A stretch of DNA of 64,000 nt. Source: an uncultured Pseudomonadota bacterium (lineage in GTDB: Bacteria > Pseudomonadota > Gammaproteobacteria > Burkholderiales > Rhodocyclaceae). Where the stretch lies: contig CAJBDJ010000003.1 in assembly GCA_903951825.1 (NCBI GenBank), positions 33,073 through 97,072 of the forward strand. Reading direction: 5' to 3'. Positions 30,674 through 39,933 of this stretch are shown here, one piece after another (position 1 is the stretch's first letter; each line of letters starts with the position of its first letter). A program made the translations under genes and the position numbers. The notes below the pieces were generated by a model. That model was not told the DNA's origin. It worked only from the letters and a program-made list of their open reading frames with translations, and did no database searches.

Positions 30674-31918
30674 ATGACCGCCGGGCGCATTCTCGCCTAC
30701 GGCCTGCTCGGCCTGCCGCTGGCCTTTGCCGCGCTGCCGATTTACGTTCACGTGCCACGTTTTTATGCCGAAGCGGCAGGCATGAACCTCGCCCTGCTCG
30801 GGGCAATTTTGCTCGGCGCCCGTCTTTTCGACGCCGCCATCGACCCCTGGCTTGGCTGGCTGGCCGATCGTGTCAGGCGTCCGCGCATGGTCGCGCTGGC
30901 GCTGCTGCCTCTCAGCCTCGGCTTTATCGCCCTGCTCAACCCGCCGCGCGCGGACGCCGGTCTCTGGCTGCTGGCGTCGCTGACCCTCACTTATTTTGGC
31001 TTCTCGGCGGCTTCGGTCGCTTATCAGGCGTGGGGCGCGGAAATCGGCGACGACTCCCGCCAGCGCACGCGGCTGACCGCCGCCCGCGAAGGCTGTGGAC
31101 TGATCGGCGTGATTCTTGCCGCCGTCCTGCCGCTGCTGATTGCCGCCACGCTCGTCGATGGCGTCGCCCGCCTGGCCTGGATTCTACCGCCGCTGCTGGC
31201 GGTCGCCGCGCTGATCACCTTCAAGGACAGTCTTGCGCTACCCGGCGGCGTCAGCAAGCCGGGCGTGGCGGCGCACCGGCCGGTGCCGGTCGACCTCTTG
31301 CCCAGCCTGCGCCGCGCCCTCGCCGATCAATCCTTTCGGCGCTTGTTGCTGGTTTTTGTCGCCAACGGCATTGCCGCGGCTCTGCCGGCAACGCTCTTCC
31401 TGTTTTTTGTTGCCGATGTACTGCAACTCGAATCGGCCAGCGGCCCGTTGCTCGCCCTCTACTTCGTCTCAGGCGCCGCCAGCCTGCCTTTGTGGGTGAC
31501 ACTGGCGGCGCGCCGTGGACGGGTTGTGGCCTGGGGTCTGGCGATGGGTTTGTCAATTCTTGCCTTTGCCGGCGCCAGCCAGCTCGCCGCCGGTGACCTG
31601 CTGCCTTTCGCCTTGATTTGCCTGGCTTCGGGGATGGCGCTGGGTGCCGACCTGACCTTGCCGGCGGCGATTGCCGCCGATATGGGTGAGCGCCAGGGAC
31701 AGGCCGGCGCCTGTTTCGGTATCTGGAACCTGGTCGCCAAGCTCAATCTGGCGCTGGCCGCCGGACTTGCGCTGCCCTTGCTGGCGCTCGCCGGTTACAC
31801 GCCGGGGGCGGCCACCGGGCTGCCGGCGCTGATTTTTGCTTACGCTTTGCTGCCGTTGCTGTTCAAGGCGCTGGCTGGCCTGTTGTTGTGGCGCTGGCGC
31901 CATTCTCTGGAGATTTGA
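30674..31918 (+). CDS. MFS transporter (GPH-like)
   Basis: 414 aa with about 12 hydrophobic segments. Confidence 0.8.
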   Translation: MTAGRILAYGLLGLPLAFAALPIYVHVPRFYAEAAGMNLALLGAILLGARLFDAAIDPWLGWLADRVRRPRMVALALLPLSLGFIALLNPPRADAGLWLLASLTLTYFGFSAASVAYQAWGAEIGDDSRQRTRLTAAREGCGLIGVILAAVLPLLIAATLVDGVARLAWILPPLLAVAALITFKDSLALPGGVSKPGVAAHRPVPVDLLPSLRRALADQSFRRLLLVFVANGIAAALPATLFLFFVADVLQLESASGPLLALYFVSGAASLPLWVTLAARRGRVVAWGLAMGLSILAFAGASQLAAGDLLPFALICLASGMALGADLTLPAAIAADMGERQGQAGACFGIWNLVAKLNLALAAGLALPLLALAGYTPGAATGLPALIFAYALLPLLFKALAGLLLWRWRHSLEI

Positions 31919-31920
31919 CG

Positions 31921-32442
31921 ATGAAACTGTTATTCGCCGCCGCCTTTTGCTTCGCTCTCAGCGCCTGCGCCGGCAAAGGCGTTGAGCACTATCGGGCGGA
32001 AACGCCGGCGCTCGACCTCAAGACCTATCTCAACGGCACGCTCGACGCCTGGGGGATTTTTCAGGGGCGCGCCGGCGACGTCCAGAAACGCTTCCATGTG
32101 GTCATCGACGCCCGATGGACGGGCACTACCGGCATTCTTGACGAAACTTTCACTTGGTCGGACGGCAGCACCTCGCGTCGCGTATGGACACTGACTCAAG
32201 AGGCCGACGGGCGCTTTATCGGCACCGCCGATGATGTCGTCGGCGAAGCGCGGGGCGAAGTCTCCGGTAACGCCCTGCGCTGGCGCTACGTGCTGGCGCT
32301 GCCGGTCGACGGCAAAATTTATCATGTCGATTTCGACGACTGGATGTTCCTGATCGACGACAAGGTGATGCTCAATCGCTCCTACATGAGCAAATGGGGC
32401 TTCAATCTCGGCGAAGTCAGCCTCACCTTCGTCAAGCGATGA
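31921..32442 (+). CDS. DUF3833-like lipoprotein
   Basis: ATG 31921 gives MKLLFAAAFCFALSACAG, a lipobox. About 170 aa, beta-rich. Confidence 0.6.
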   Translation: MKLLFAAAFCFALSACAGKGVEHYRAETPALDLKTYLNGTLDAWGIFQGRAGDVQKRFHVVIDARWTGTTGILDETFTWSDGSTSRRVWTLTQEADGRFIGTADDVVGEARGEVSGNALRWRYVLALPVDGKIYHVDFDDWMFLIDDKVMLNRSYMSKWGFNLGEVSLTFVKR

Positions 32443-33194
32443 ACCCGAAAATAACCGACTGGCAAGGCCGGCGGGTCTGGCTGGTCGGCGCGTCCAGCGG
32501 GATCGGGGCGGCGCTGGCCGAGGAATTGGCGCGGCGCGGCGCCCGCCTGGCGCTGTCGGCACGGCGCGCCGACAAATTAGAAGCGCTGGCCATACCCGGC
32601 GCGCTGATCCTGCCCTGCGATGCCACCGACACGGCGCATCTGGCAGCCGCCCGAGAACGCTTGCTGGCGACCTTCGGCGGCGTTGACCTGGTGATCTATC
32701 TGGCCGGCGATTACGTGCCGATGCGCGCCGGGAATTTCGATCTGACACGCGCCGAGCAAGTCATCACCGTCAATTTTCTCGCCGCCATGCGTTTGACCGC
32801 CAGCATCCTGTCCGACCTCAAAGCCGGTGGCGGCATTGCCTTTGTCGCCAGTGTTGCCGGCTACCGCGGGCTGCCCCAAGCCCTTGCCTACGGGCCGGGC
32901 AAGGCGGCGCTGATTCATTTTGCCGAGGTCTTGCATCTCGATTTGCTGGCGCAACAGATCGGCGTCTGGGTCATCAACCCCGGTTTCGTCGCAACGCCCC
33001 TGACTGCCCAAAACGATTTTGCGATGCCGGCGCTGATGACCCCGGCGGCGGCTGCGCTGGCGACGCTGGATGGCTTTCGGCAGGGCCAATTCGAAATCCA
33101 TTACCCGCGGCGTTTCACCTGGCTGATGAAATTCATCGCCCTGCTCCCGTACCGCTGGTACTTTCCCCTGATTCGTCGCACCACCGGAGGCTGA
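32439..33194 (+). CDS. short-chain dehydrogenase/reductase
   Basis: ATG 32439 makes an ATGA overlap. The product reads VWLVGASSGIGAALAEEL and carries YGPGKAAL (YxxxK). Confidence 0.85.
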   Translation: MNPKITDWQGRRVWLVGASSGIGAALAEELARRGARLALSARRADKLEALAIPGALILPCDATDTAHLAAARERLLATFGGVDLVIYLAGDYVPMRAGNFDLTRAEQVITVNFLAAMRLTASILSDLKAGGGIAFVASVAGYRGLPQALAYGPGKAALIHFAEVLHLDLLAQQIGVWVINPGFVATPLTAQNDFAMPALMTPAAAALATLDGFRQGQFEIHYPRRFTWLMKFIALLPYRWYFPLIRRTTGG

Positions 33195-33195
33195 C

Positions 33196-33618
33196 ATGGC
33201 GCTTGCCGATCTGATCACGTTTTACGAAGAACTGACGCCGCAGAGCGTTGAAAGATTTGCCGATTTTTACAGCAGCGAGGCCTATTTCAAAGACCCTTTC
33301 AATGAAGTTCGTGGTCTGCAGGCGATTGAAAAAATATTCACGCACATGTACCGGCAAATTGCCGACCCGAAATTCTCGGTCACCGAAACCCTTGTTGCCG
33401 AGAACGGGGTGATGCTGGTGTGGGCGCTCAGCTTTCGTATCCGCACCTGGAACCGCGGGCAGATGCAAGTCATGCGCGGCGTCTCGCACCTGCGCTTTGA
33501 TGCCGATGGCAAGGTGAACTATCACCGCGATTACTGGGACACGGCGGAGGAGCTGTACATGAAACTGCCGCTGCTCGGCAGCCTGATGCGCGGCCTGCGC
33601 AAAGCGCTGGCGGCCTGA
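33196..33618 (+). CDS. NTF2/SnoaL-like fold protein
   Basis: 140 aa, last gene of the packed operon. ...FYSSEAYFKDPFNEV...HRDYWD is typical of this family in the same neighbourhood. Confidence 0.65.
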   Translation: MALADLITFYEELTPQSVERFADFYSSEAYFKDPFNEVRGLQAIEKIFTHMYRQIADPKFSVTETLVAENGVMLVWALSFRIRTWNRGQMQVMRGVSHLRFDADGKVNYHRDYWDTAEELYMKLPLLGSLMRGLRKALAA

Positions 33619-33695
33619 AGCGGGGGCGGCTGTGCAAGGCCTTTGAATCCCCCAAAAGCGGTTTCCAGCAGCTGGCCGAGCTTTATAATCGGCTG

Positions 33696-34724
33696 ATGAT
33701 TTCGCGCAAGTATTTTCTCGCCGTCGTTATGGCCGTTTTACTCGGCGGCTTGCTGCTGCGGTTTTTTCTCGTCAAGTCGCCGCCTGCCGGCGGCGCGCTG
33801 GCGGCGCCGCGCAACGTTGTGCAGAGCGAATTGCCATCGACAGCGGCCTTGTTGCCTTTGCCGCCGCTGACCAGTCCGCCGAGCGACAAGGCGCTGCTCG
33901 GTCAGCGCTTGTTTTCTGACACGCGACTTTCCCGCAACGATACAGTGGCCTGTATCTCTTGCCACGATCTCTCTGCCGCCGGCGACGACCAAAAGGCCGT
34001 GGCGGTCGGTATCGACGGCCAGCAGGGGGCGATCAATGTGCCGACGGTCTTCAACAGCAGTCTGAATTTTGTCCAGTTCTGGGATGGCCGCGCCGCCAGC
34101 CTCGAGGCGCAGGCGGTCGGGCCGGTGCACAATCCGCTTGAAATGGGTTCCAATTGGCCGGAAGTGATTGGAAAACTGAACCAGGACGAAAGCTACCGGC
34201 GCGCCTTCGCGCAAATTTACCGGCAGGAAATCAGCGGCGAAACCATCGTCGACGCGATTGCCGCCTTCGAGCGAACGCTGCTGACGCCGAACAGCCGTTT
34301 TGACCGGTTTCTGGAAGGCGATATGACAGCGCTCGACGCGCTTGAACAATCCGGCTACCAGCGTTTTCTTGATTACGGTTGTGCCAGTTGCCACCAGGGC
34401 GCCGGGATCGGCGGCAACATGTTCCAGCGCTTCGGGGTGATGGATGATTATTTTGCCGGGCGCGAGCCCAAGCCGGCCGATCTCGGGCGCTTCAACGTCA
34501 GTGGCCGGGAAGAGGATCGCAACGTCTTCAAGGTGCCCAGTCTGCGCAATGTCGCCGTCACTGAGCCGTATTTTCATGACGCCTCAGCACGCACGCTGGA
34601 AGAAGCCGTTATTGTCATGGGTCGCTACCAACTCGGGCGCGAGCTGTCCTACAGCGATGTCAAATCGATGACGGCCTTTCTCCGCACCTTGACCGGCGAG
34701 TGGCAGGGACGGCCGCTGCGGTGA
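33696..34724 (+). CDS. di-haem cytochrome c peroxidase (CCP/MauG family)
   Basis: 342 aa with two CxxCH motifs, CISCHD and CASCHQ. Confidence 0.9.
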   Translation: MISRKYFLAVVMAVLLGGLLLRFFLVKSPPAGGALAAPRNVVQSELPSTAALLPLPPLTSPPSDKALLGQRLFSDTRLSRNDTVACISCHDLSAAGDDQKAVAVGIDGQQGAINVPTVFNSSLNFVQFWDGRAASLEAQAVGPVHNPLEMGSNWPEVIGKLNQDESYRRAFAQIYRQEISGETIVDAIAAFERTLLTPNSRFDRFLEGDMTALDALEQSGYQRFLDYGCASCHQGAGIGGNMFQRFGVMDDYFAGREPKPADLGRFNVSGREEDRNVFKVPSLRNVAVTEPYFHDASARTLEEAVIVMGRYQLGRELSYSDVKSMTAFLRTLTGEWQGRPLR

Positions 34725-37687
34725 GTCGCCAGAAGTTGTCGAGTATCGGCATCCTGCTGCTGCTCGTGCTGGCGTTGAGCGGGGTCTATTTCAAGGCCGA
34801 AAGCGTCTCCGCCGAGCGCCATTTTGCCTACACCCAGGAGTTGCGCGACCTGCGCGAGCTCGATACGCGGGTCGATGGCCAATTGATGGCCAAGCGTCTT
34901 GAGCAGGTGCGTAATTACGACGCACTGACGCGCCACATGCAAGAGGCGACCCTGACGGCGAGAGCCGCCCGCGACGTTCCTGCGTTTCTCTCGCTCAAGG
35001 ATCGCGAGCGGGTCGGGGAGGTTGCGCTGACCCTCGATTACCTGCTGGCGCGCAAGGCCGAACTGGTTGACCGCTTCAAGCGCGATGACTCGGTATTGCG
35101 CAATTCGCTGGCGATTTTTCCGGTCGTCACCCGCGAGTTTCTCGACCACCCAAGGCATCCTCCGGCGCAGCGCGAGCTGCTCGATCAGGTCGGCAAATTT
35201 GCCCGCGAAATTCTTGCTTTTTCGCGCACCCCCAGCCCCGATGGACTGGCGCGTATCAATGCCGTGCGCGCTGATCTCGATGCCTTGCGCCTGGCCGGCG
35301 AGACACGGGTGAATGTTGCCAGCATCATTCGCCATGGCGATGTGATTGCCTTGCGCCTGCTTGCCCTCGACACGCTGATGGAGGAAATTAGCAGCTTGCG
35401 CAGCGACGAGTATTTGCAAAACCTCAATCGCGCCTACGAACAAGGCCATGCCCGCGCTCATGCGACGGCCAGCCGCTATCGCGGTGCGCTTTACGTGCTT
35501 GCCCTGGCACTCAGCGCATTTATTGCCGGACTTTTTATTCGCCTCGATGCGACCCGCCGCTCCCTGGCGCAGGCGCATCGCGACCTGAGTGCGCGCTATG
35601 CCGCGCAATTGGCCGTTGAAAAGCAGCTGACCTTGCACGCGACGGCATTTCGCAGCGCCCATGACGGCATCACGCTGACCGATGCGACGGGTAACATTCT
35701 CGATATCAATCCGGCTTTTACGCGGATTACCGGCTGGGAGCGCAGCGAAGTGATTGGCCGCAATCCGCGGGTACTCAAGTCGGGTCGTCATGATCAGGCG
35801 TTCTACCAGGCGATGTGGAAATCGATCAGCGAGACCGACAATTGGCGCGGCGAAATCTGGAACCGCAACAAGTACGGCGAGATTTATCCTGAATTGCTGT
35901 CGATTGCCGCCGTCCGCGACAAAGTCGGCGAACTCATCAATTATGTGGCGGTTTTCTCCGACATCCGGCGCCTCAAGGCGCAGGAAAAGCAATTGACGCA
36001 GATGGCGTATTACGACGCCCTGACCGAGTTGCCCAATCGCACCCTGCTCGCCGACCGACTGATCCAGGGCATTGCCCAAACCCGGCGTTCGCAGACGCTG
36101 ATGACTGTTTGCTACCTTGATCTCGACGGCTTCAAGCCGATCAACGACACCTGGGGTCATGAGGCCGGCGACCGGGTGTTGGTCGAAATGGCCAACCGGA
36201 TGCGTTCTATCCTGCGCGGCGGCGATACGGTTGCCCGTTTGGGCGGCGATGAGTTCGTCCTCTTGCTGCTCGGCTTGAGCAGTCGGGAGGAGTGCGAGAC
36301 AGCCATCGAGCGGATGCTCAAGCAAATTACCCGGCCGCTGAAAATGCTGCCGGAGCCGATCAGCATTAGCGCCAGCGCCGGTGTCACCCTCTTCCCGTTT
36401 GATGATCAGGATCCGGATACCTTGCTGCGCCACGCCGATCAGGCCATGTATCGCGCCAAGCAAGCGGGAAAGAATTGCTTCCAGATTTTCGATGCCGAAC
36501 AGGATCGCTTCACGCGCAGCCGTAACGACCACGTCGCGCGGATTCGGCAGGCGCTCGACGAGGGCGAGTTCGTGCTGCATTACGAGCCCAAGGTCGATAT
36601 GCGGCAGGGCAAGGTGATCGGTGCTGAAGCCCTGATTCGCTGGCAGCATCCCGAGCGCGGGTTGTTGTCGCCGGGCGAGTTCCTGCCGTTTATCGAGGAT
36701 GATGATCTGATCTGCGGAATCGGCGATTGGGTTATCGAGTGCGCGCTGACGCAAATGGAAATTTGGCGGGAAAACGGCCTGGATTTGCCGTTGAGCGTCA
36801 ACCTCGCCGGCCGCCAGTTGCAGGCCGTGGATTTTGTCCAGAAACTCAAGGCGGCATTGCAGCGGCACGCCACGGTGGCGGCACTGCTTGAACTGGAAAT
36901 CCTCGAAACCGCGGCGCTTGAGGATGTGGTCAAAACCTCGCGGGTGATCGACGAGTGCCGCGAGATGGGTGTCAATTTCTCACTCGATGATTTTGGTACC
37001 GGCTATTCGTCACTGACGTATCTGAAACGTCTGCCGGCGCAAACCATCAAGATTGACCAGAGCTTTGTGCGCGACATTCTCAGCGACGTCAATAATCTGG
37101 TGATTGTCCAGGGCGTCATCGGTCTGGCCAGCGCATTCCAGCGCCGGGTGATTGCCGAAGGCGTCGAGACGCCCGAACATGGTCGTTTATTGATGCAGTT
37201 GAATTGCGACCACGCGCAAGGCTACGGCATTGCCCGGCCCATGGCTGCCGAAGCTGTCCCTGAATGGGTGACCAACTGGTGTGCCGATCCGCTGTGGGTG
37301 TCGATCAGCCATCTATATTGGGAAAGCATCGACTATCCGCTGCTGGTCGCCGAAATCCAGTTGCTTAACTGGGTCGCGCAAATTGTGTACGCCGCCAACG
37401 AGGGTTTGCCGATTCCCTGCGCCATCGCCGATGACCCCAGTCGTTGCCATTTTGCGCTCTGGTATTACGGCGACACGCGAGCGCGCTACGAGAAGTTTCC
37501 GGGGTTTGCCCACATTGAGGCGCACCACTGCCAGTTGCTCACGCTCGCCAGCCGAATTGATAACTACTGGCGCGACGGGCGCTTCGAGGAATCAGGCGCC
37601 TTGATCCCCGAACTGCTCGCTGCCCGCGATGCGGCGCTCAATCATTTGCGTGAATTGCAGCTCCAGGTGGCGGTGATTCGCGCCTGA
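34721..37687 (+). CDS. sensor PAS-GGDEF-EAL protein with CZB-like C-terminal tail
   Basis: N-terminal TM segment and periplasmic region, then PAS (ITGWERSEVIGRNPR), GGDEF (RLGGDEF) and EAL (EALIRW...DDFGTGYSSL). The start is uncertain: GTG 34721 (GTGA overlap) or GTG 34700. Confidence 0.9.
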   Translation: MSRQKLSSIGILLLLVLALSGVYFKAESVSAERHFAYTQELRDLRELDTRVDGQLMAKRLEQVRNYDALTRHMQEATLTARAARDVPAFLSLKDRERVGEVALTLDYLLARKAELVDRFKRDDSVLRNSLAIFPVVTREFLDHPRHPPAQRELLDQVGKFAREILAFSRTPSPDGLARINAVRADLDALRLAGETRVNVASIIRHGDVIALRLLALDTLMEEISSLRSDEYLQNLNRAYEQGHARAHATASRYRGALYVLALALSAFIAGLFIRLDATRRSLAQAHRDLSARYAAQLAVEKQLTLHATAFRSAHDGITLTDATGNILDINPAFTRITGWERSEVIGRNPRVLKSGRHDQAFYQAMWKSISETDNWRGEIWNRNKYGEIYPELLSIAAVRDKVGELINYVAVFSDIRRLKAQEKQLTQMAYYDALTELPNRTLLADRLIQGIAQTRRSQTLMTVCYLDLDGFKPINDTWGHEAGDRVLVEMANRMRSILRGGDTVARLGGDEFVLLLLGLSSREECETAIERMLKQITRPLKMLPEPISISASAGVTLFPFDDQDPDTLLRHADQAMYRAKQAGKNCFQIFDAEQDRFTRSRNDHVARIRQALDEGEFVLHYEPKVDMRQGKVIGAEALIRWQHPERGLLSPGEFLPFIEDDDLICGIGDWVIECALTQMEIWRENGLDLPLSVNLAGRQLQAVDFVQKLKAALQRHATVAALLELEILETAALEDVVKTSRVIDECREMGVNFSLDDFGTGYSSLTYLKRLPAQTIKIDQSFVRDILSDVNNLVIVQGVIGLASAFQRRVIAEGVETPEHGRLLMQLNCDHAQGYGIARPMAAEAVPEWVTNWCADPLWVSISHLYWESIDYPLLVAEIQLLNWVAQIVYAANEGLPIPCAIADDPSRCHFALWYYGDTRARYEKFPGFAHIEAHHCQLLTLASRIDNYWRDGRFEESGALIPELLAARDAALNHLRELQLQVAVIRA

Positions 37688-37694
37688 TATTGGC

Positions 37695-37830
37695 ACCTGA
37701 CATTGATACCTGACATTGATACCTGACATTGATACCTGACATTGATACCTGACATTGATACCTGACATTGATACCTGACATTGATACCTGACATTGATAC
37801 CTGACATTGATACCTGACATTGATACCTGA
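37695..37830. repeat. perfect 13-bp tandem repeat ACCTGACATTGAT, 10 full copies plus 6 nt
   Basis: Counted directly. Units start at 37695 and then every 13 nt up to 37812, with a partial unit at 37825-37830. A degenerate copy (9 of 13) at 37682-37694 contains the upstream gene's stop codon. Confidence 0.97.
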
Positions 37831-37849
37831 GCGGCCCGGCGCCCGCTCG

Positions 37850-39529
37850 TCAGGTGCCGCGCAAACGGTGAGCGGCTGCCGCCTCCTCGCGTACCCGCCG
37901 GGCTTCGTCAAGCAGGTAGCGCTGGTAATCATCGAGATCGCCCTCGAACGGCTCGATGCCGCCGCGCGCGACCAGCCAGAATTCATCACATACCGCCCGC
38001 AGCAATGCCCGGTCGTGGCTGACCAGCATGACTGTGCCTTCAAACTCGTTGAGCGCCATGCCGAGCGCTTCGCGGGTGGATAGGTCGAGGTGGTTGGTCG
38101 GCTCGTCGAGGAGCAGCAGATTGGGGCGCTGCCAGACGATCATGCACAGCACGAGGCGGGCTTTTTCGCCACCGCTCATGGTGCCGACGGCCTGCTTGAC
38201 CATGTCGCCGCCAAAGTTGAAGGTGCCGAGAAAGTTGCGCAACTCCTGCTCGCGCCCCGGCACGTTGCTGCGCCCGGCAGCCATCGCGTCGCGGGCGAGG
38301 CGGGTCATGTGTTCGAGCGGCGTATCCTGCGGGCGCAGCACGTCGAGTTCCTGCTGCGCGAAATAGCCGATGCTCAGCCCCTTGCCGGCGGTGACTTCCC
38401 CGGCAACGATGTTGAGGTCGCCGGCGATGGTCTTGACCAGGGTCGATTTGCCCTGACCGTTGGCACCGAGAATACCGATGCGCTGACCGGCCATCACCGA
38501 GCGGTTGATGCCGCTGACGATGACGGTCGGCGGGCTGCCGAGCGGCACGTCTTCGGCGGCCGGGTAGCCGACGCTGGCGTTGACCAGCGCGAGCATCGGG
38601 TTGGGCAGGTTGGCCGGCTCCTTGAATTCGAAAGTAAATTCGGCATCGGCCAGCACCGGGGCAATTTTCTCCATGCGCTCCAGCGCCTTGACCCGGCTTT
38701 GCGCCTGCTTGGCCTTGCTGGCCTTGGCCTTGAAGCGGTTGATGAAGGACTGCAGGTGGGCGATCTTCTCGGCCTGTTTGGCCATCGTCGCCTGTTGCAG
38801 CAACATCTGCTCGGCGCGCATGTCCTCGAACTTGCTGTAGTTGCCGCCATAGCGCAGCAGTTTGGCATGATCGATATGCACCGTGATGTGGGTGATGGCA
38901 TCGAGGAATTCGCGGTCGTGGCTGATCATGATCAACGTCCCTTGATAGCGCTTGAGCCAGGCTTCGAGCCAGACGAGGGCGTCGAGATCGAGGTGGTTGG
39001 TAGGTTCGTCGAGCAGGAGGATGTCGGACGGGCACATCAGGGCGCGCGCCAGTTGCAGGCGCATACGCCAGCCGCCGGAGAAACTGTCCACCGGGTTTTC
39101 GAGCTGGGCGACGCTGAAGCCGAGACCGAGAATCAAGGCCTGGGCGCGCGCTGCCGCGTCGTGTTCGCCGGCGTCGTGCAGCGCCATGTAGGCTTCGGCC
39201 ATGCGCATCCCGTCATCGCTGGCTTCAGCCGCGGCGACTTCGTTGCGGGCGGCGAGCAGGGGGGTGTCGCCATCAATGACGAAATCGGTGGCCGATTGAG
39301 CGGTTTCCGGCATCTCCTGAGCCACCTGCCCCATGCGCCAGGCAGTGGGCATCGAGAAATCGCCGCCGTCTTCGTGCAGGGTGCCGTTGATCAGGCCGAA
39401 GAGGGTCGATTTGCCGGCGCCGTTGCGGCCGACGAGGCCGACCTTTTCGCCAGGGTTGATGGTGACCGAGGTCTTGTCGAGTAAAACCTTGTTGCCGCGG
39501 CGCAAGGTGACGTTTCTGAGGATGATCAT
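37850..39529 (-). CDS. ABC-F family ATPase (two ABC domains, no TM domain)
   Basis: 559 aa with two Walker A motifs (GRNGAGKST, GANGQGKST) and two signature motifs (FSGGWRMR, MSGGEKAR), joined by a charged linker. Confidence 0.9.
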   Translation of the reverse strand: MIILRNVTLRRGNKVLLDKTSVTINPGEKVGLVGRNGAGKSTLFGLINGTLHEDGGDFSMPTAWRMGQVAQEMPETAQSATDFVIDGDTPLLAARNEVAAAEASDDGMRMAEAYMALHDAGEHDAAARAQALILGLGFSVAQLENPVDSFSGGWRMRLQLARALMCPSDILLLDEPTNHLDLDALVWLEAWLKRYQGTLIMISHDREFLDAITHITVHIDHAKLLRYGGNYSKFEDMRAEQMLLQQATMAKQAEKIAHLQSFINRFKAKASKAKQAQSRVKALERMEKIAPVLADAEFTFEFKEPANLPNPMLALVNASVGYPAAEDVPLGSPPTVIVSGINRSVMAGQRIGILGANGQGKSTLVKTIAGDLNIVAGEVTAGKGLSIGYFAQQELDVLRPQDTPLEHMTRLARDAMAAGRSNVPGREQELRNFLGTFNFGGDMVKQAVGTMSGGEKARLVLCMIVWQRPNLLLLDEPTNHLDLSTREALGMALNEFEGTVMLVSHDRALLRAVCDEFWLVARGGIEPFEGDLDDYQRYLLDEARRVREEAAAAHRLRGT

Positions 39530-39933
39530 GGATGTTTCTTCGAGCCGGGATTGATGTCGCCATCGACATAGAACCAGACGCCGTCCTCGCAGACGAAGCG
39601 ACTGATTTCGCCAAGGCGATAGCCGCGCCCGGCAATCCGGTAACGGGCAACGAATTCGACGCTGGCGTGCGTACTGTCCAGCAGGCGATGGTTTTTGACG
39701 GTCAGCCCGAGCCAGCGGGTAGCCTCGTCGCTGGCCGTGCTCAGTTCAAGCGGGCGTGTCGAGGCGTGCCAGGTGGCCAGCAAATAGGCGTCAAGGCCGC
39801 GGGCGTAGGCGCTGTAACGCGAGCGCATCAGGGCTTCGGCACTCGCGGCCTTTTCGCTGCCTGAATGCAAACGGCCACAACACGCCGAGTAGGCGCGCTG
39901 GGTACCGCAAGGGCAGGCGTCGGCGGGCTTCAT
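39526..39933 (-). CDS. ychJ: YchJ-family (SEC-C motif) protein
   Basis: 135 aa. N-terminus CPCGTQRAYSACCG, followed by SRYSAY. Confidence 0.8.
   Translation of the reverse strand: MKPADACPCGTQRAYSACCGRLHSGSEKAASAEALMRSRYSAYARGLDAYLLATWHASTRPLELSTASDEATRWLGLTVKNHRLLDSTHASVEFVARYRIAGRGYRLGEISRFVCEDGVWFYVDGDINPGSKKHP

Noticed and set aside
34649-36868. 739 aa minus-strand ORF
   Set aside because: It is entirely antisense to the PAS-GGDEF-EAL gene, which has unmistakable domain motifs. Its Arg/Ala/Gly-rich composition is typical of GC-rich antisense frames.
37695-37830. Possible CRISPR array
   Set aside because: The units are contiguous 13-mers with no spacers and are far shorter than CRISPR repeats. 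No cas genes are present.
37592-38043. Three overlapping minus-strand ORFs encoding SGINVRYQCQV repeats
   Set aside because: They are artefacts of the 13-bp tandem repeat being stop-free on the reverse strand in all frames. There is no RBS or coding context, and they overlap the real ABC-F 3' end.
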